Source: Rhina ancylostomus (Eukaryota). Taken from it: DNA of 64,000 nucleotides. Location of the stretch: NCBI GenBank assembly GCA_030265395.1, contig JARFYF010000064.1:18477262-18541261 (forward strand). Reading direction: 5' to 3'. The notes beneath the pieces were generated by a model. The model was not told where the DNA came from. It made no database searches and saw only the letters and a program-made list of their open reading frames with translations. How positions within the stretch are numbered: the first letter of the stretch is position 1; each line of letters opens with the position of its first letter. This document shows, piece after piece, positions 1-13,365 of the stretch. The translations under genes and the position numbers were made by a program.

Positions 1-59
1 AGTAAGCACAGAATGACAAGTACAAATCTTAACATTATAAACAAATTATTTAAATATAC

Positions 60-203
60 CTAATGGACATCTGCAGAACTTTCCAGCGGAATCTTTGACA
101 AGCATATCCTTTACAACATCCACTAATGGTCCCAGGATAAGAACAGGTCTTGGGGAAGTGCATTCTACTTTCTGCACTCTTTGATATGCCAAACTTCCAG
201 AAT
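60..203 (-). CDS. DLG5: DLG5 exon, GUK start (DSGSLAYQRVQKVECTSPRPVLILGPL...FCRCPL)
   Basis: tgccag|AT acceptor, G|gtata donor; 144 nt. Confidence 0.95.
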
Positions 204-789
204 CTGGCAAAGAAAAATGAAATACGACATCCACTTAACATCTAAACACAATGGCTGACAGACAAATCCTAAATGGATTTAGTAAATTCAACAAAACTGC
301 TTTTCTGAACATCTTGGGAATTAAATGTAATAATTTTAAGTCTCTTAAAAAAACATTTGTCACCAAATTTTACAAAAAAAACCTTGCAAAGAATGGCTAA
401 TAACAGAAATAGACAAATAAAAGAAGATTATAAGAGTCTGAGCAATTGCTAAAGAAATAGTTAAAAAGGTAAAAAAAACAGGAACTACAAAAGAGATGAT
501 GGGTTTTCTTGCATTTCAGTGGAGGTCGTATGTTATAATAACCTCAAGGTACCTGATTGTATAATAGAGCTGAATTAACCTGCACAGCTGAAAGAACAAA
601 TTTCAAAACCTCCTAGATTAATGATCACATTTTTGCTGGTGTCAATTCATGCAGCTTGCATGATGGGATTCTGTCAGTTTCCCCAATGATATAGCTAATA
701 CCCATTCTCAAAAACAGGAAAGGCTATTTGAAGATTTTGTACAAAAAAAGAGTGACTGTTTACAGTTCAGATTTGCACGGAGTTTCATA

Positions 790-2215
790 CAGGGTGGAAA
801 GCTGCCTCTGAAACCACTCGAAGTTCACATTGGTACTAACTACATGGGTAAAATTAAGAATGAGGTCCTACAATGTAAATTCAGGGAGGCAAGTAGCAGA
901 ATAAAGAGCAGGACCTCTAAGAGTTACTTCTGATGCTACATACTAGTGAATTTGGTCATCTTTTAGAGGGGTATAGATAGGTGAATGCATTCAGTCTTTT
1001 TCTCAGGGATGAGGAATCAAGAACTAGAGGGTGTAGGCTTAAGGTGAGAGGGGGAAGACTTAATAGGGACTTGAGGGGCAACTCTTTTTTTTAAACATAT
1101 ATGGAATGAGCTCTCAGAGGAAGTGGTTGAGGCAGGTGCAATAACAACTTTTAAAAGACAGTTGGACAGGTACATGGATAGGAATGGTTTAGAAGGATAT
1201 GGGCAAAACAGAGGTAAACGGGACTAGCTTGGATGGGTATCTTGGTCAGCATGGACCAACTGGGGCAAAGGGCCTGTTTCCGTGTTGAATGACTATGAGT
1301 ATAGGTCAATATTAATCAAGAGGTCCAATGCTGAATTAAGAAGGTAGGCTATCCTAAAAGATTCTTCTAATGAGGCCATATGGCTGGAGCTTAGAAACAT
1401 AGGGGGCAATCTCCCATTGGGGGGGATGGTGGGGGGGGGAGTAGTCAGCAGAAACAGAGCAGCAAATGCACAGGCAAATCAAAGAAGAGTAAAAGTAATA
1501 GGGTAACAATGGGTGTGGGGGGGGGGTGGATTTCAACTTCCCAAATACTAACTGGAACGCTTTAATGCAAAGGCTTAGAGGAGATGGAATTTTTAAAGTG
1601 CATCCAAGAGGGTTTTTTTGGGCTAACGCATAGGTAGTTCTTTAGCGAAGGGGCAATGCTGGATCTAACTTTTAGAAACGTGGTAGGGCTAGTGGAGGGA
1701 GTATTAGGGAGAGAATATTTCAGAGATAGAGGCTATAATTTTGAAGCTGCACTGGAGAAGGTCAAGGATAGCACAGAAATTTAAGTCCTGAAATGGGGGA
1801 AAGCTGACTTCAATATGATAAGGTAAGACATAGCAATAGTGGACTGGGAGAAGACACTTGCACGTAGATCTAAGGTGATCAGTGGGAAACATCCAAAAAT
1901 TTAAACTCTGAACATTCAGGGTCAAGGTGCTCCTGTAAAGATGAGTAAGGACAACAAGTCGGAGGAACTCTGAGAGCCATCAATGGTTGCATTTAAAAAA
2001 AAAGCAGCTTATGGCAAGATCAGAGAATTGAAAACAGGTGAAGCTCTACAAGAGTATAGAATGTGCAGGGAGATACTTAAAAATTTAGATCTGAAATTGA
2101 CTTGGTGGTAGGAAACAGAGGATTATGGTTGAGGGTTTTTTTTGGCAATTGGAAGCCTGAGAACAGTGGTGTACTACAGAGACTGGTGTTGGAACCTTTG
2201 CTGTTTGTCATTATA
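790..2215 (+). mobile_element. Degraded CR1 LINE (ORF1 esterase, endonuclease and RT remnants)
   Basis: VHIGTN motif near 823, DFNFPN.NW near 1530, WLGGRKQR..GV.Q..VL.PLLFVI near 2100-2210. Confidence 0.7.
964..1299 (+). mobile_element. CR1 LINE 3' end nested in the older CR1
   Basis: RGIDRVNAFSLF..ESRTRG.RLKVRG, and 3'UTR ending gggcctgtttccgtg..tgactatga. Confidence 0.85.
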
Positions 2216-2994
2216 CAGGAATGCAGTATCTGTGAGGACTCACAATATACAAGTACTATTCAGATGAGCACGTAATCAAAATCTTGATAACCTCTGTAAA
2301 CCATATGTACATTGACCAATTAACTTGTCTGCTAATAGAATCTAACCTTTCATGCTCAGCCAATTTTACACTGATGCTAGCAAGAATTTTTGTTTTGGAT
2401 TGCAGTTATACTGTTAGTTTTATGTTCATATGTAGTAGCTTCAGAGGGCAACAAGAAGCAAAAGACAAGTCTTAAGCTAGTTCACAGACCACTGGCATTT
2501 AATACGCCTAAGTACTGTCTCACAGTATTTTAGCAACACAATTTCAATATGCAGTGAAACCTGGGTTAATAAGAACTTATGGCTTTAATAAGTTAAAATT
2601 AATATAGAACTAATATAGAACTTACAAACACTATTAATTCCCAACATTTCAGAAAGCAGTTACTGCTATTGCTTTCCTACAATGCTAATCTGTGCATATG
2701 ACAATAAACTCGACTTTGAAAATATATTTTAGCTAAGTCTACTCTTGAACCAATTGTTCCCATAGAAAATTGATAATTTGAAGACAACATTTTGGAAAAG
2801 CAAATACTGGAACAGACACAGATCTACCAAATCCCAAACATCAGTGCTTTTATTTTCATATGCTGAAAGCATTGGTTTATATTTCTACCATTTTCTATTT
2901 CTACACTAGATCTTTATTGAGTGAATGACTATTCGTAATCTACTGGTACAAACATAGGATTTAATAATGGACACATCCTCATCACCTTAAAATA

Positions 2995-3900
2995 TAGAGG
3001 CATGTGAATTAGGAGCAGGATTAGGCCACTCAGTCCCTCAAGCTTGCTCTACCATTCAATAAGATCCTGGCTGATCTGATTGTAATATCTATTCCACATT
3101 CTTGTCTGTCTGCAGTAACGTTTCACCCCCTTGCTGACTAAATACTTATTCCCCTCTGTTAAAAATATTCAAAGACTCCACTTCCGACAACCTTTTGAGG
3201 AAGAGAATTCCAAAGACTCACAACATTCTGAGGGAAAAAAATTACCTCCTGCTCTGTCTTAAAAAGGTGGCCATTTATTTATTTGAACAATGATGTCTCA
3301 TTCTTGACTCTCCCACACGAGGAAACACCCTCTCCATATCCATCCTATCAACATCTGTGGGGATCTTACATGTTTCAGTCCAAGTCCCCTCTCAGTCTTC
3401 TAAACTCCAGCAGATACAAGCACAGCTTGTCCAACTTGCCTCATAAGATAACCTGCTCATTCTAGATAGTGGTCTACCAACCTTCTCTTAACCACTTCCA
3501 ATGCATTAATCTCTTGCCTTAAATAAGGAGACCAATACTGTGCACAATACTCCCATTGTGGTCTTAATCAATACTCTGTTTAACTGAAAGAGAACTTCCA
3601 TACTTTTGCATTCAATAACACTGTTAGCTTTTCTAAATTATTTGTATCACCTGCATATTAACCTGTTGTAAATCATGCTCTCGGATACCCAGACTCCTTC
3701 TGCACCTTGCATTTCTACAATCTCTCATCAGTTAGATAACAAGCATCATTTCTTTACTCTGCCAATTGGACAATTTGACATTTTTTCACATTAAGCTCCA
3801 TTTGCCAGATCTTTGCTGATTCACCCATCCTTTTTAAATCTCTTTGTAACCTCCTTGTGTTCTCTTCACAACTTCCTATCCTACCTATTTTTGTGTCACT
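2995..3900 (-). mobile_element. CR1 LINE 3' fragment
   Basis: RT-end LQRDLKRMGESAKIWQMELNVKKC, plus 3'UTR similar to 41695-42125. Confidence 0.85.
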
Positions 3901-4142
3901 AGTCCAACAAAAGCATTTGATTCCTTTGGAACTGCTGGCCAGTGCTGAACCCAAAATTATCACAGATAGTGAACTAGAGTAGGTTTCATCGCCTTTCAGT
4001 TACTCGGGGAGCACGGCAACCAACAGTCCCTCGGAAGCTGGACATTTCCAATCTTCTTTTAATTACCTTTTCAATCAAGCCATTTTATGCTCCTTGAATT
4101 TGTTATTGAAGTAAGATTTCTTACTAAAATTGAACAAAATAC

Positions 4143-4339
4143 CTTCCAACAAAGGGATAGAATCAGTGCTTATGGCATCAAGGGCCAACATCTCCTTTCC
4201 ATCTTTTGAATTATTCCGTTTATGTTTTTGCTTTCGCCGAAAGAATGATCTTCTGGCCGCTGCTGACAGGGTCTTAACAGACCCATTTTCATCCTTGACC
4301 TCGGACATACTATGTCTTCTACAGAATTCCTGGTCCATC
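4143..4339 (-). CDS. DLG5: DLG5 exon, SH3-GUK hook (MDQEFCRRHSMSEVKD...ARRSFFRRK...SIPLLE)
   Basis: tcccag|G acceptor, G|gtatt donor; 197 nt. Confidence 0.96.
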
Positions 4340-5599
4340 CTGGGAGAAATATAAAGTTAATAGCCTGCCCTATAGAGGAATGATCTCTGCGAAGGTACAC
4401 ACATGCACTAATTATTTTTGAAGTTTAAACACTATTGTATGGATAAAGAAAGCAGCAAATTTAAGAACAGTAAGGTGGAATAAACTACCACACTATTTGT
4501 ATGAGGTTAGTGACGGCTGTCTGTAGATCAGGACACTACAAGAACTTGTCTGTTAATTTCAAATTGAGTATCATGGATATTTTTTCATCTTCGGGCCTCA
4601 ATATGATAGACTTGGACTTTCCTGAGAAATGTCAGCAAACCATGTTGAACTCCTGTCAAGTTCCTTCTTAAGCATCAGGAAACTCAGGACTAATGTACAA
4701 TGTATGAGAGCGTGAAAATCCTGAAATTCCCAAAGGATGCTCGGGGGCAATTTCCTGACTCTTCTGACATTAAACTCATCTTGGAGTCTGGTGGTGGAGT
4801 GCCAACTTCCTGAAATTTCGCAGCAGCTGGGAAATCTGTCTGCTGAACCCATGCCAGGTTAGACATGTTCCTCTCTGGTGAAATGGATCATCTCTGACAG
4901 ACAGTTAAGTCCAGGAAAATAGGCTAACATAGCACTTTAGTGGGGGAACATTTCAAGCCCTAGCACGCAATGCCATTTACAACCAGAGATCCCCACACTG
5001 TGCAGAATGGCATCATGTATTGGAGCCAGAAATGCTCAGAAAGTTGCTGCTTGAAGACTGGCTCAAATTAAGCATAGATGCAGTAGATTCCAGAGAAGTG
5101 TGTGTGGGCAACGCGCTGCTGCCAAGACCTTAGGTGAGAAATGGCAGCTCTGACTGTGCAAATTACCTTGGTGTGCATTGAAGCATCAGCTTAGGGAATG
5201 TAACCAAGTACTGGATTAAGACTCAGAGATGTTGTTCTACCGATGATGTAAACAGACAATTTTACAGAAAGTATTAAAGTCAGATGGCCTATTTTCCCCT
5301 TAATTGTTAAATTATAATATGCACGATTATAAAATATAAATGTCAAACAAGGTTTAACAAAATTCAAAGTTTTGATATCAAGTGATAACAGTAATTATGG
5401 AACAGTACAATTAAGACCAGGACTATCTTCCACTCAATTTTTAAGCATGTCTCTTGCTGTAATGTCCAACATTTAAGGATGACTTAGGACAATGTTTTGA
5501 AACATCATGACCTCTTCACAGTTCAACCTGAATGCTGTTGCCACCTACCTGTTGGTGCTACATTTTGTAGTCCCAAATCAGGCACCTTAAAAAAAGGAA

Positions 5600-5740
5600 T
5601 ATAACCCTTCCTCAGAATACTCCACTGGAGATAAGCCAAGCTGAATTTTGGGGAACATTTACTTAGATTACTTACATGCTCAGACCTGGAGCAGAATGAA
5701 CCCACAACCTTCTGACGTAAAAGCAAAAGAGTTACTTGTG
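5600..5740 (-). mobile_element. Deu-type SINE head fragment (SacSINE1/AmnSINE-like)
   Basis: cctcagaatactccactggag..gaacccacaaccttctgac, shared with 9070-9455 and 46975-47150. Confidence 0.55.
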
Positions 5741-5862
5741 TGCAAGGTTTATTTGAAAACATCTGTGGCAAAATGCAGCAGATTTCTCATTCTCCAAACT
5801 CAATGAGATTTGTTGTCATAAATATACTTATCCAGACTACCATTTCATCATTGGTTGCTTAC

Positions 5863-6033
5863 ATGTATTTGCTGGGGATATGTCCTCTTTCAAGTTTCTG
5901 AGCATTTTCATCCAATTGCCAAGCCATCCAGTAACCAAAATTTCCTTGTGGCAGAGTGTCATCAACATAAAGAATATCATCCTTCTTAAAACTCAGATCA
6001 TGTTCTACTTCTGCAACTCGATCATAAAGTGCT
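5863..6033 (-). CDS. DLG5: DLG5 exon, SH3 (ALYDRVAEVEHDLSFKKDDILYVDD...GHIPSKYM)
   Basis: tcctag|A acceptor, AT|gtaag donor; 171 nt; ALYD SH3 motif. Confidence 0.96.
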
Positions 6034-6540
6034 CTAGGAAACAAGGCAGAGGAAAATCCTATGAAACGCAAAACAAATATTGCATTCCTCAAATCAATTA
6101 GGGATTAAACAAAAACAACTTCACGTGTCCAAACTAAGTTAAATAATAATCTAAAAGCATTAGAAGCTGAAATATTAAATCTGTGCCAATAACATCAACA
6201 TAGTGTCTTTTAGAAAAAAAATTACCATATATTTGGATGAGGCAAAATACCTAATAAAAATGCACTCAATCTTTTCAACATACTGTCCTCTGCAATAAAA
6301 AATTATACCACAGGCTTGTAATTAATGAAAAAATAAACAAAAATATCATATGCATCACTGATATTTATGATATTCTGCTATTAGACCACTGTAGACATTG
6401 CTATAGCTCAACCCTAATAATTTATTTTTATTCAGGTGCTGTATTTTGTTCATTGTCTCCACATTATACAGAATTTTTCCCTACAGTGTTCAGCTACTTG
6501 ATGATTGTGCATAACGTTCAGTGATAACTTCAAATGATAC

Positions 6541-6689
6541 CTGATATAGAATCCATCTCCAGCTTCATCTCTGATCTTGTTGAATTCCTCTATCTTATAC
6601 TGAGCCTTCACAGAGATCGACTCTGTGGGCTTCAGCATTTCAACATAGGCCTGCTCCGCTGTTACATTTCGCATATCCATGCCGTTGTA
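6541..6689 (-). CDS. DLG5: DLG5 exon, PDZ4 C-part (YNGMDMRNVTAEQAYVEMLKP...GDGFYIR)
   Basis: ttatag|TAC acceptor, AG|gtatc donor; 149 nt. Confidence 0.95.
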
Positions 6690-7744
6690 CTATAATAACA
6701 AGGAAAACGGCAATTAATAAAATCATGAAGTAAATTTTGCTTCAACTACATCAGTAAACAGGACTAGAATTACATTTTCACAAGCTTAGTTTTTCTGAAA
6801 AAGCCCATATTTTGTCTTTTTGCCATTTCTAATTCAGTTGTACAAAGGTTCCTGAAATATAGGTATAAAACCAAGTGGAAGAAAACTTCTACAATTCGAA
6901 TACAATTGTTGCTTGGTTTCACTGCTTTATTCTTTGACAAAAAGGACGAGTAATTCCCTTGACTCTGTAACATTTGAACCAAAGAGGAAAAAGTATATTT
7001 TTAGTTCTGATATAACTTTAAATTCAGGTGAAAGTACACACGAAAACAAATCGCTGGAGAAAGACTAATGCAGTTTGTAACATGACCTGAAAATGAGCTC
7101 AATAAATGAGGTTTGGTGTTTTCCAGCAAAATCTTTGAATGTTAGGAGCATGTTTCTGATAGTATGTTAAAACTAAGCTTTCATTTTATCCTTTCACAAT
7201 ATCACATTAGTGCAGGAGAAAAAATATCAATATATTCATCATACCACCCGAGACAAATATAAGTGTGTAAGTTCTTACTGCCCTCCTGTGGACGGCACTG
7301 TTACCTGTATGTAATAGATATTTTAATACACAGTTTAAATATTCATGCATAATTCAAAGATCTACTTATTTTTAGTTAAATACTTCAAATAGTTCTTCAT
7401 ATTTGGCAGCTGTGGATACAGGATGGTCTGCAAAGTTTAAAAGTTAGGTATTTATGTGGTTTATTCAGCAAGTTACACTGGGAATGCAATGCCATTTGAT
7501 ACACATGCAGATAACAGCAACCTTTTTTGCCACTTGTGTAAATTGCTTGAGTGAATCTCTTTAAGAACCGGTTGCATGGGAACTTGGGATCTGTGGGAAA
7601 AAGCACCTAACAAATGTGTGATGCCATGCTGTGAAGAGGCAGCAGGGAGGTGCCAAGTAGGAATGTTGAAGTACGACAGTAAAAAATCTTCAAGCTGGAC
7701 CAGATCAATAACACAGGCAAAGAAAAATTCTTGAACAAGCTTCG

Positions 7745-7747
<3 letters not shown>

Positions 7748-7782
<35 letters not shown>

Positions 7783-7917
7783 ATATATTTATAAATATAT
7801 ATGAGAGAGAGAGAGAGNNNNNNNNNNNNNNNNNNNNNNNNNNNNNNNNNNNNNNNNNNNNNNNNNNNNNNNNNNNNNNNNNNNNNNNNNNNNNNNNNNN
7901 NNNNNNNNNNNNNNNNN

Positions 7918-7982
<65 letters not shown>

Positions 7983-7986
7983 GAGA
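7748..7986. repeat. (TA)n followed by (GA)n microsatellite spanning an N gap
   Basis: Directly visible. Confidence 0.95.
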
Positions 7987-9069
7987 CTCCTACGTTCTTC
8001 AATCATCCAGTCTCCACATAGAAATTATAAAATTTCAATTGTATAAGAACTAATTGCATGTCTTTATTAATGCAAGCCATGTGATGGCTTGAAACCAATA
8101 GTACTTATACATTTGCCCGAAGAAGTGAAGATAGCCAAGTTAAAAAATTGCAGCAAGCTTCAGGTTTTCAGATGTCCCTCTAAACATTACCAAGGACCCT
8201 CTAAACATTAAGCCAAGAGGTGAAAAGTACACAAAGAAACCTCTAAATATTTTTTGATTGGTGATATCATGGAGATGAGAGAATTAACCAAACTTTCACA
8301 ACCAACACAACAGATTAAGTGATGGCACTTAATTTCCATTTGAGAATGTACCAGAAACTGACTTCCCCACTGCCACATCAACAAATTATCTTTGTGCGTC
8401 CCAATTGACCTAAAGACAAAGAACCTACTTAATATTCTTCATGAAAACAGAACTTCAAATGATATCTGCTCAAGAACCACGACTGCTAATTCAAAAGATT
8501 TGGAATAAAAGAGACTGAAATTTTTACTTGATACTATATTTTGGTTTAGTAATATTATTGACCCCTGGCAGGTATAACTGATAAAACATTCATTGTTCCT
8601 TTCTCATGTAGCCCAATTCATTTCATTCAAAATTCTAAACAATTACCCACATTTTCAATTCTATAAACATTACAGTAAGGTTCCATTAGCGAAGCCATCT
8701 CACATCATGGAAATAACTCAAATACTCATAAGAAATAGAAGTTTCTAGCAATAGCAATGACCAATTTTTGACAACAGTGATGGGATGAATGAACCCAGAT
8801 ACGGCCCGATTTCATTGTCCACCCTAATCTTCCACCCCCCCCCCACCCCCCTCACAACTTTCAAGAAAGTTGCATGAAAGCAAATCCAAAATATATAATT
8901 ACAGCAGCTCCATTTTTTAGTAGATAATAAAGTGGAAGGGTAGGTAGGTCGAGCAAGTAAAGTCAGACCAGCTCTTCAACAAAAGAATCAAAACATTAAA
9001 GTTCTGCAGACGATTGAAAGAATACTTAAAATGTTCCCATCCGTTAATCTCTGCCTTAATGACTAGAAG

Positions 9070-9455
9070 AAAGGATTGCATTTATATGCTCACTTTCAGA
9101 GCATTTTATAGTCAAATCATTTTGAAGTGCTAATAGTTATTGGAAAGCAGGAAATGCAGCAGCCGATCAGCACACAGGAAGCTTACTGTAAAGTGATAGT
9201 AATGATAATCTACTCTACTGGTGCTGATTATGTCCAGGACACGAGGAGAAATGTCTTTGATTCACTTTGAAATAACACAGCAGACCTTTTATATCCAGCT
9301 GGCACCTTAAGTTATGACTCATCTGAAAGCTGGAACAGCCGCCAATACTTCACTGGAGTGTCAGCCTGCATTTACGTACTCAGATCTTTGGAGTGAAACT
9401 TAAACTCATAACCTTCTGCTTTAGAACCAAGAGTGTTACCTGCTGAGCCTGTGCT
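9070..9455 (-). mobile_element. Near full-length degenerate Deu-type SINE (SacSINE1-like)
   Basis: tRNA-like head (ggctcagcaggtaacactc..gaaggttatgagttt), central cttttatatcca..ctcatctgaaag, tail ending atataaatgcaa on the minus strand. Confidence 0.65.
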
Positions 9456-9856
9456 GACATCATGCAAACTGATGTAAGTTATTACAGCAAGGGTTGCAAT
9501 CAGAGTTCCTCTGACATCCTAGTTGACTATGTGAATGTATAAATAAGCCACAAAGACCAGAAGGTCAGAATTTGACTCTGTGCCTTGTTATGCGATAACA
9601 AATGGGGTAGATATTGGCCTTCTTTGGTGAAACAGTATCATCCCTATATCTGTCAGTGACTCATTAGCAGAGGTCTGAAGACCGGATCACTCCCTGTGAA
9701 ATCTGTTAAAATTTCATCTTAAACTTGTTTGTGAACCCCATGCACAAATCTTAATTGCTGTAATTTTCTGCAACCATTTTGGGCAATTAAAAAACTGAAG
9801 TTCACAGGACATGAGTGCATCATTGATATGGAGTACTGCTGGAATATTGATCTTAC

Positions 9857-10040
9857 CTCCAGTAACTTATCTCCAGGTACCAGTCCATCAGGGCCTTTAG
9901 CTGGACTGTCATCTTCTACCTTTGCCACAAACACTCCATACAAATTCCCTCCACAAATTTGGATCCCCAGTTCCATCTGTGTCTTCTTCAGGAATAGAAA
10001 TCTTGGCTCAAAGGTTTGATTAGTTGAATCAATAGACTTC
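9857..10040 (-). CDS. DLG5: DLG5 exon, PDZ4 N-part (KSIDSTNQTFEPRFLFLKKTQMELGIQICGGNL...GDKLLE)
   Basis: caacag|G acceptor, GAG|gtaag donor; 184 nt. Confidence 0.95.
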
Positions 10041-10547
10041 CTGTTGAATTAAAAATAAGAAACATACCCATCTGTAAGGTGAATCTTGATAAATACACAA
10101 GAATTTAACAAGGGGTTTATCAGATCATGGAGTTAATTTAAAATTGGTTATATCCTTTACCCATTCTTCAATTTGCATTCTTATTAGTCTTTAAGTTACT
10201 TTAAGAAAAGATTTTGGCCCAGTGATTCTCCTGTGAATTATTTACTTTCTCCTTGTAAATTTTCCTTCTTTCCTTCTCAATTTATGGTAATGGCTCCTTA
10301 CAGTATGTTTTAAAGACAACATACCTCAATAGTGTTGACTTTGATTGATTTTCCCTTCCTTTATTCAGGAGCATATGGCCTAATTGTACTGGAAAACTCT
10401 GATAATCCAGCACGCTTGGGACTTTGGCAGAGCTGGAATAGCAGATTTTTCAGAAGTTATTCCGATTTGCACCCAATACACATTTTTAAATTCATATGTT
10501 ACATGGCATTCTAATAAATTTTCCACTGGACCTGACAAATATAAAGG

Positions 10548-10680
10548 GAGACATAAGAGACTGCAGATGCTGGAATCTGGAGCAACACACCAGATGCTGA
10601 AGGAACTCAGAGGTTCAGGCAGCATCAAATGGAGGAAAGTGGACAGTCCACATTTTGGGTCTTCATCTGGACTACATAAA
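10548..10680 (+). mobile_element. Penelope-derived terminal repeat fragment
   Basis: agagactgcagatgctggaatctggagcaacacac..gaggttcaggcagcatc motif, repeated across the window. Confidence 0.7.
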
Positions 10681-11584
10681 GGGAGTGTGGTAAACAGGAC
10701 CCTTATAAGCTAAAAGTGAGCTTGATTTAAAGGTGAGGCTGCAAACATCACTGGGTAAGACAAATGCCAAAACATGGGGACTTCCGAAGTGTCAGGTTGC
10801 AGATTATCGAAGTTTTACTGTAGTTTCTTACTCTGCCACAGCTACGAACTCAGCATAGAAATAATATCAAACCTGGGCCATCCATGATTTGTGTGGATCT
10901 GCTCCTTGCTGGCAAAAAATTACCAAGCCATTGTGTCCGTGTAATAACAAATAAATAAACTTTTCTGAAAAGATTTTCCTTCCTACTGTTTTTTTTTATT
11001 TTTAACTTTAAAGAATGTGTCCCATGGCTGTGCACAGAGGCAGTCTGGCCCCAATAGTGCTGGTTACCTGGTCAAAAGGCAGTCCTTTGTGTGGGAATGG
11101 AAGCAAGATGCAGTCAGACAGGGTCATCACTGACAAGCCTAGTTCAGCAATTATCCAACACCTACTTGTTAAAAACATTCAAGTGTCTTGTGAGAGATCA
11201 GCTATATCAAGACTTGCGTTCCAGAGCAACATTACTGACCAAGGTAAGTCTCCTGAATATTGAAACAGCTTAACTCATTTTAATCTTCAGGTTGCCTGAG
11301 TGAATCTAGAGATATCTAATCATAGAAGAAAAATCTATGACAATGTATAGGATAATCTTGGTAAATTACAAATTCTTAATTGTAAAAACAAATCCAGATT
11401 AAAAACCTTGACACCAATGCACTTACTAAACATAATGCAACAATATTCATTGTACTTTAGGCAGCAGAAAATATTCACAATTCAACACTGGATAAAATTA
11501 TGGCAAGTACTCAGCAATATTTTGAAAATTAATTCACATAAGTAGGAATAGTTTTAAAGACATTGTTTATTTTGCTTCCATTGT

Positions 11585-11705
11585 GTTAGAGGGATGTGGG
11601 CTGAATTCAGGAAATTGGGACGAGCTGGGTGGGCAACATGGTTGGCATGGACTGGCTGGGTCGAAGGGCCTGTATCCGTGCTGTGTTGCTCTATAACTCT
11701 ATAAA
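11585..11705 (+). mobile_element. CR1 3'UTR tail
   Basis: gggtcgaagggcctgtatccgtgctg..ctataactctata. Confidence 0.75.
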
Positions 11706-11885
11706 TGGAATTGTTCTTTTCAAAGTTGCAGAACCGTTCTGTAGAAAATGTGGTGGTCCATACAATGAGGCAGTGAGCAAATTACGTGCAAACTCAAAAA
11801 CTCCACTTTTTAGATAGAATCAAAGATTTCTACATTGTCACCACCTCACTGTACAGGCTGTGAAGAGGCTGTGTTTACAACTGAC

Positions 11886-12050
11886 CTAATAGAGTTTCGT
11901 GGACTAGTCGTTGGGGTAGTTTGCTTTGACGGGGGTGTTATCGTCCCTTCATCCTGTTCACTCACAGCATCGATTATCGAGTGATTGTCAGGCGTTGTTG
12001 CTCCACTGTCATGGGGAGTTGAATGATTACTTATTGGATCCAATCGAGAA
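11886..12050 (-). CDS. DLG5: DLG5 exon (SRLDPISNHSTPHDSGATTPDNHS...SPRNSIR)
   Basis: tactag|T acceptor, AG|gtcag donor; 165 nt. Confidence 0.93.
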
Positions 12051-12469
12051 CTAGTAACACATATCATACAATTAGGATGCATTACATACAGTTATCAAAA
12101 ACCAGAACAGCATTCAGAACAGCAAACTTATAAAGCGAGCTTGTGTTATCGATCAGATTTAAACATATTCTAATTGACGGATCAACAGCACGGCTGCAAT
12201 GAAATGCAATCTTTGTTAATTTGCCAACACTGATACACCTCCAATCTCTCAAATTGCTGTAAGGTGAGTGGAAAAATTGGCAACTCTTTCCTTTGCTATT
12301 TAATATTAAAGGTTCAATATCAACTTGAAAACAAAAGAATGAGCAACAATCAGCAGAATGATACAAATTAATCTTTTAACTGTTAGCAATACAATCAATA
12401 TTCAATACTTCCTTAGATCCAAATATTTCTGACTAATTTTTGATAAAAATACCCTATTATTATGTATTC

Positions 12470-12720
12470 AGAAGTGTAGGAGAGTCTAAAACTAGGGGCC
12501 ATGGGTTTAAGGTGAGAGGGCAAAGATTTAAAGGGAGATCTAAGAGGCAAAATTTTTCCACACAGCTGTGGTGGGTATATGGAACAAGCTGCCAGAAGAA
12601 ATGGTAGAGGCATGTACAATTTCAGTGTTTAAAAAACATTTGGATAGGTACATGGATAGGAATGATCTAGAGGAATATGGCCTAAATATGGGTAAATGGG
12701 ATTAGGTTAGAGAGGCATGG
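12470..12720 (+). mobile_element. CR1 LINE 3' end
   Basis: VGESKTRGHGFKVRGQRFKGDLRGKIF. Confidence 0.85.
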
Positions 12721-13225
12721 AAAGAAAGGCAGACTTCTTTCCCTGAAGAACATCAGTGACCTAGATAGGTTTTTTTAAATGACTATTCAGTAGTTTTATG
12801 GTCACTGTAATTGATGCTAACTATGATTCCTGATTTAGGGAAATGAAACTAATTTCAACTCGCGCTTCTGAGTTAGTTCAGTCCAGTAATTGAACCACAA
12901 TGCTACTGTAGACAATATGTAAAACTGATGGATGTTAATAAATGTAAACAAACACATTTTACTGCAAATTTAAAGACGAGCCTAATTTCAATCAAAACTT
13001 TCATGGGTTAAAAGGAACTAAAGCTGTATGAAAAGAATTAATGTCTTAATTAAGGAAAACTTACCCTGCTGCTTTGGTCCTGTTAATAGCTCACAGGGAC
13101 CAAAGCACTTGTTTAGTCATAAAATCTGTAACTTATTGTTATCAAGTTCAATTATTATGAGTAACATATCGAACTAATAAAAGAAATCAGTGTACATGTT
13201 ATGATTTGTACTTCTGCAGTCTCAC

Positions 13226-13365
13226 CTGGAGCGTGAGTGGTTACCCAGCTGATACATGTGGGGGTTATATTGTGCCAAAATGGTGATAGTTTCGCATGGC
13301 TCTGTCTGTCCAATAATTAATCGAGCCTGTTGCTCAGTGGCATTCCTCAAATTAATACCGTTGTA
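13226..13365 (-). CDS. DLG5: DLG5 exon, PDZ3 C-part (YNGINLRNATEQQARLIIGQ...NHSRS)
   Basis: tcacag|TAC acceptor, AG|gtgag donor; 140 nt. Confidence 0.95.

Noticed and set aside
1418-1529. G-runs as a functional G-quadruplex
   Set aside because: Homopolymer expansions inside a decayed CR1; no evidence of function.
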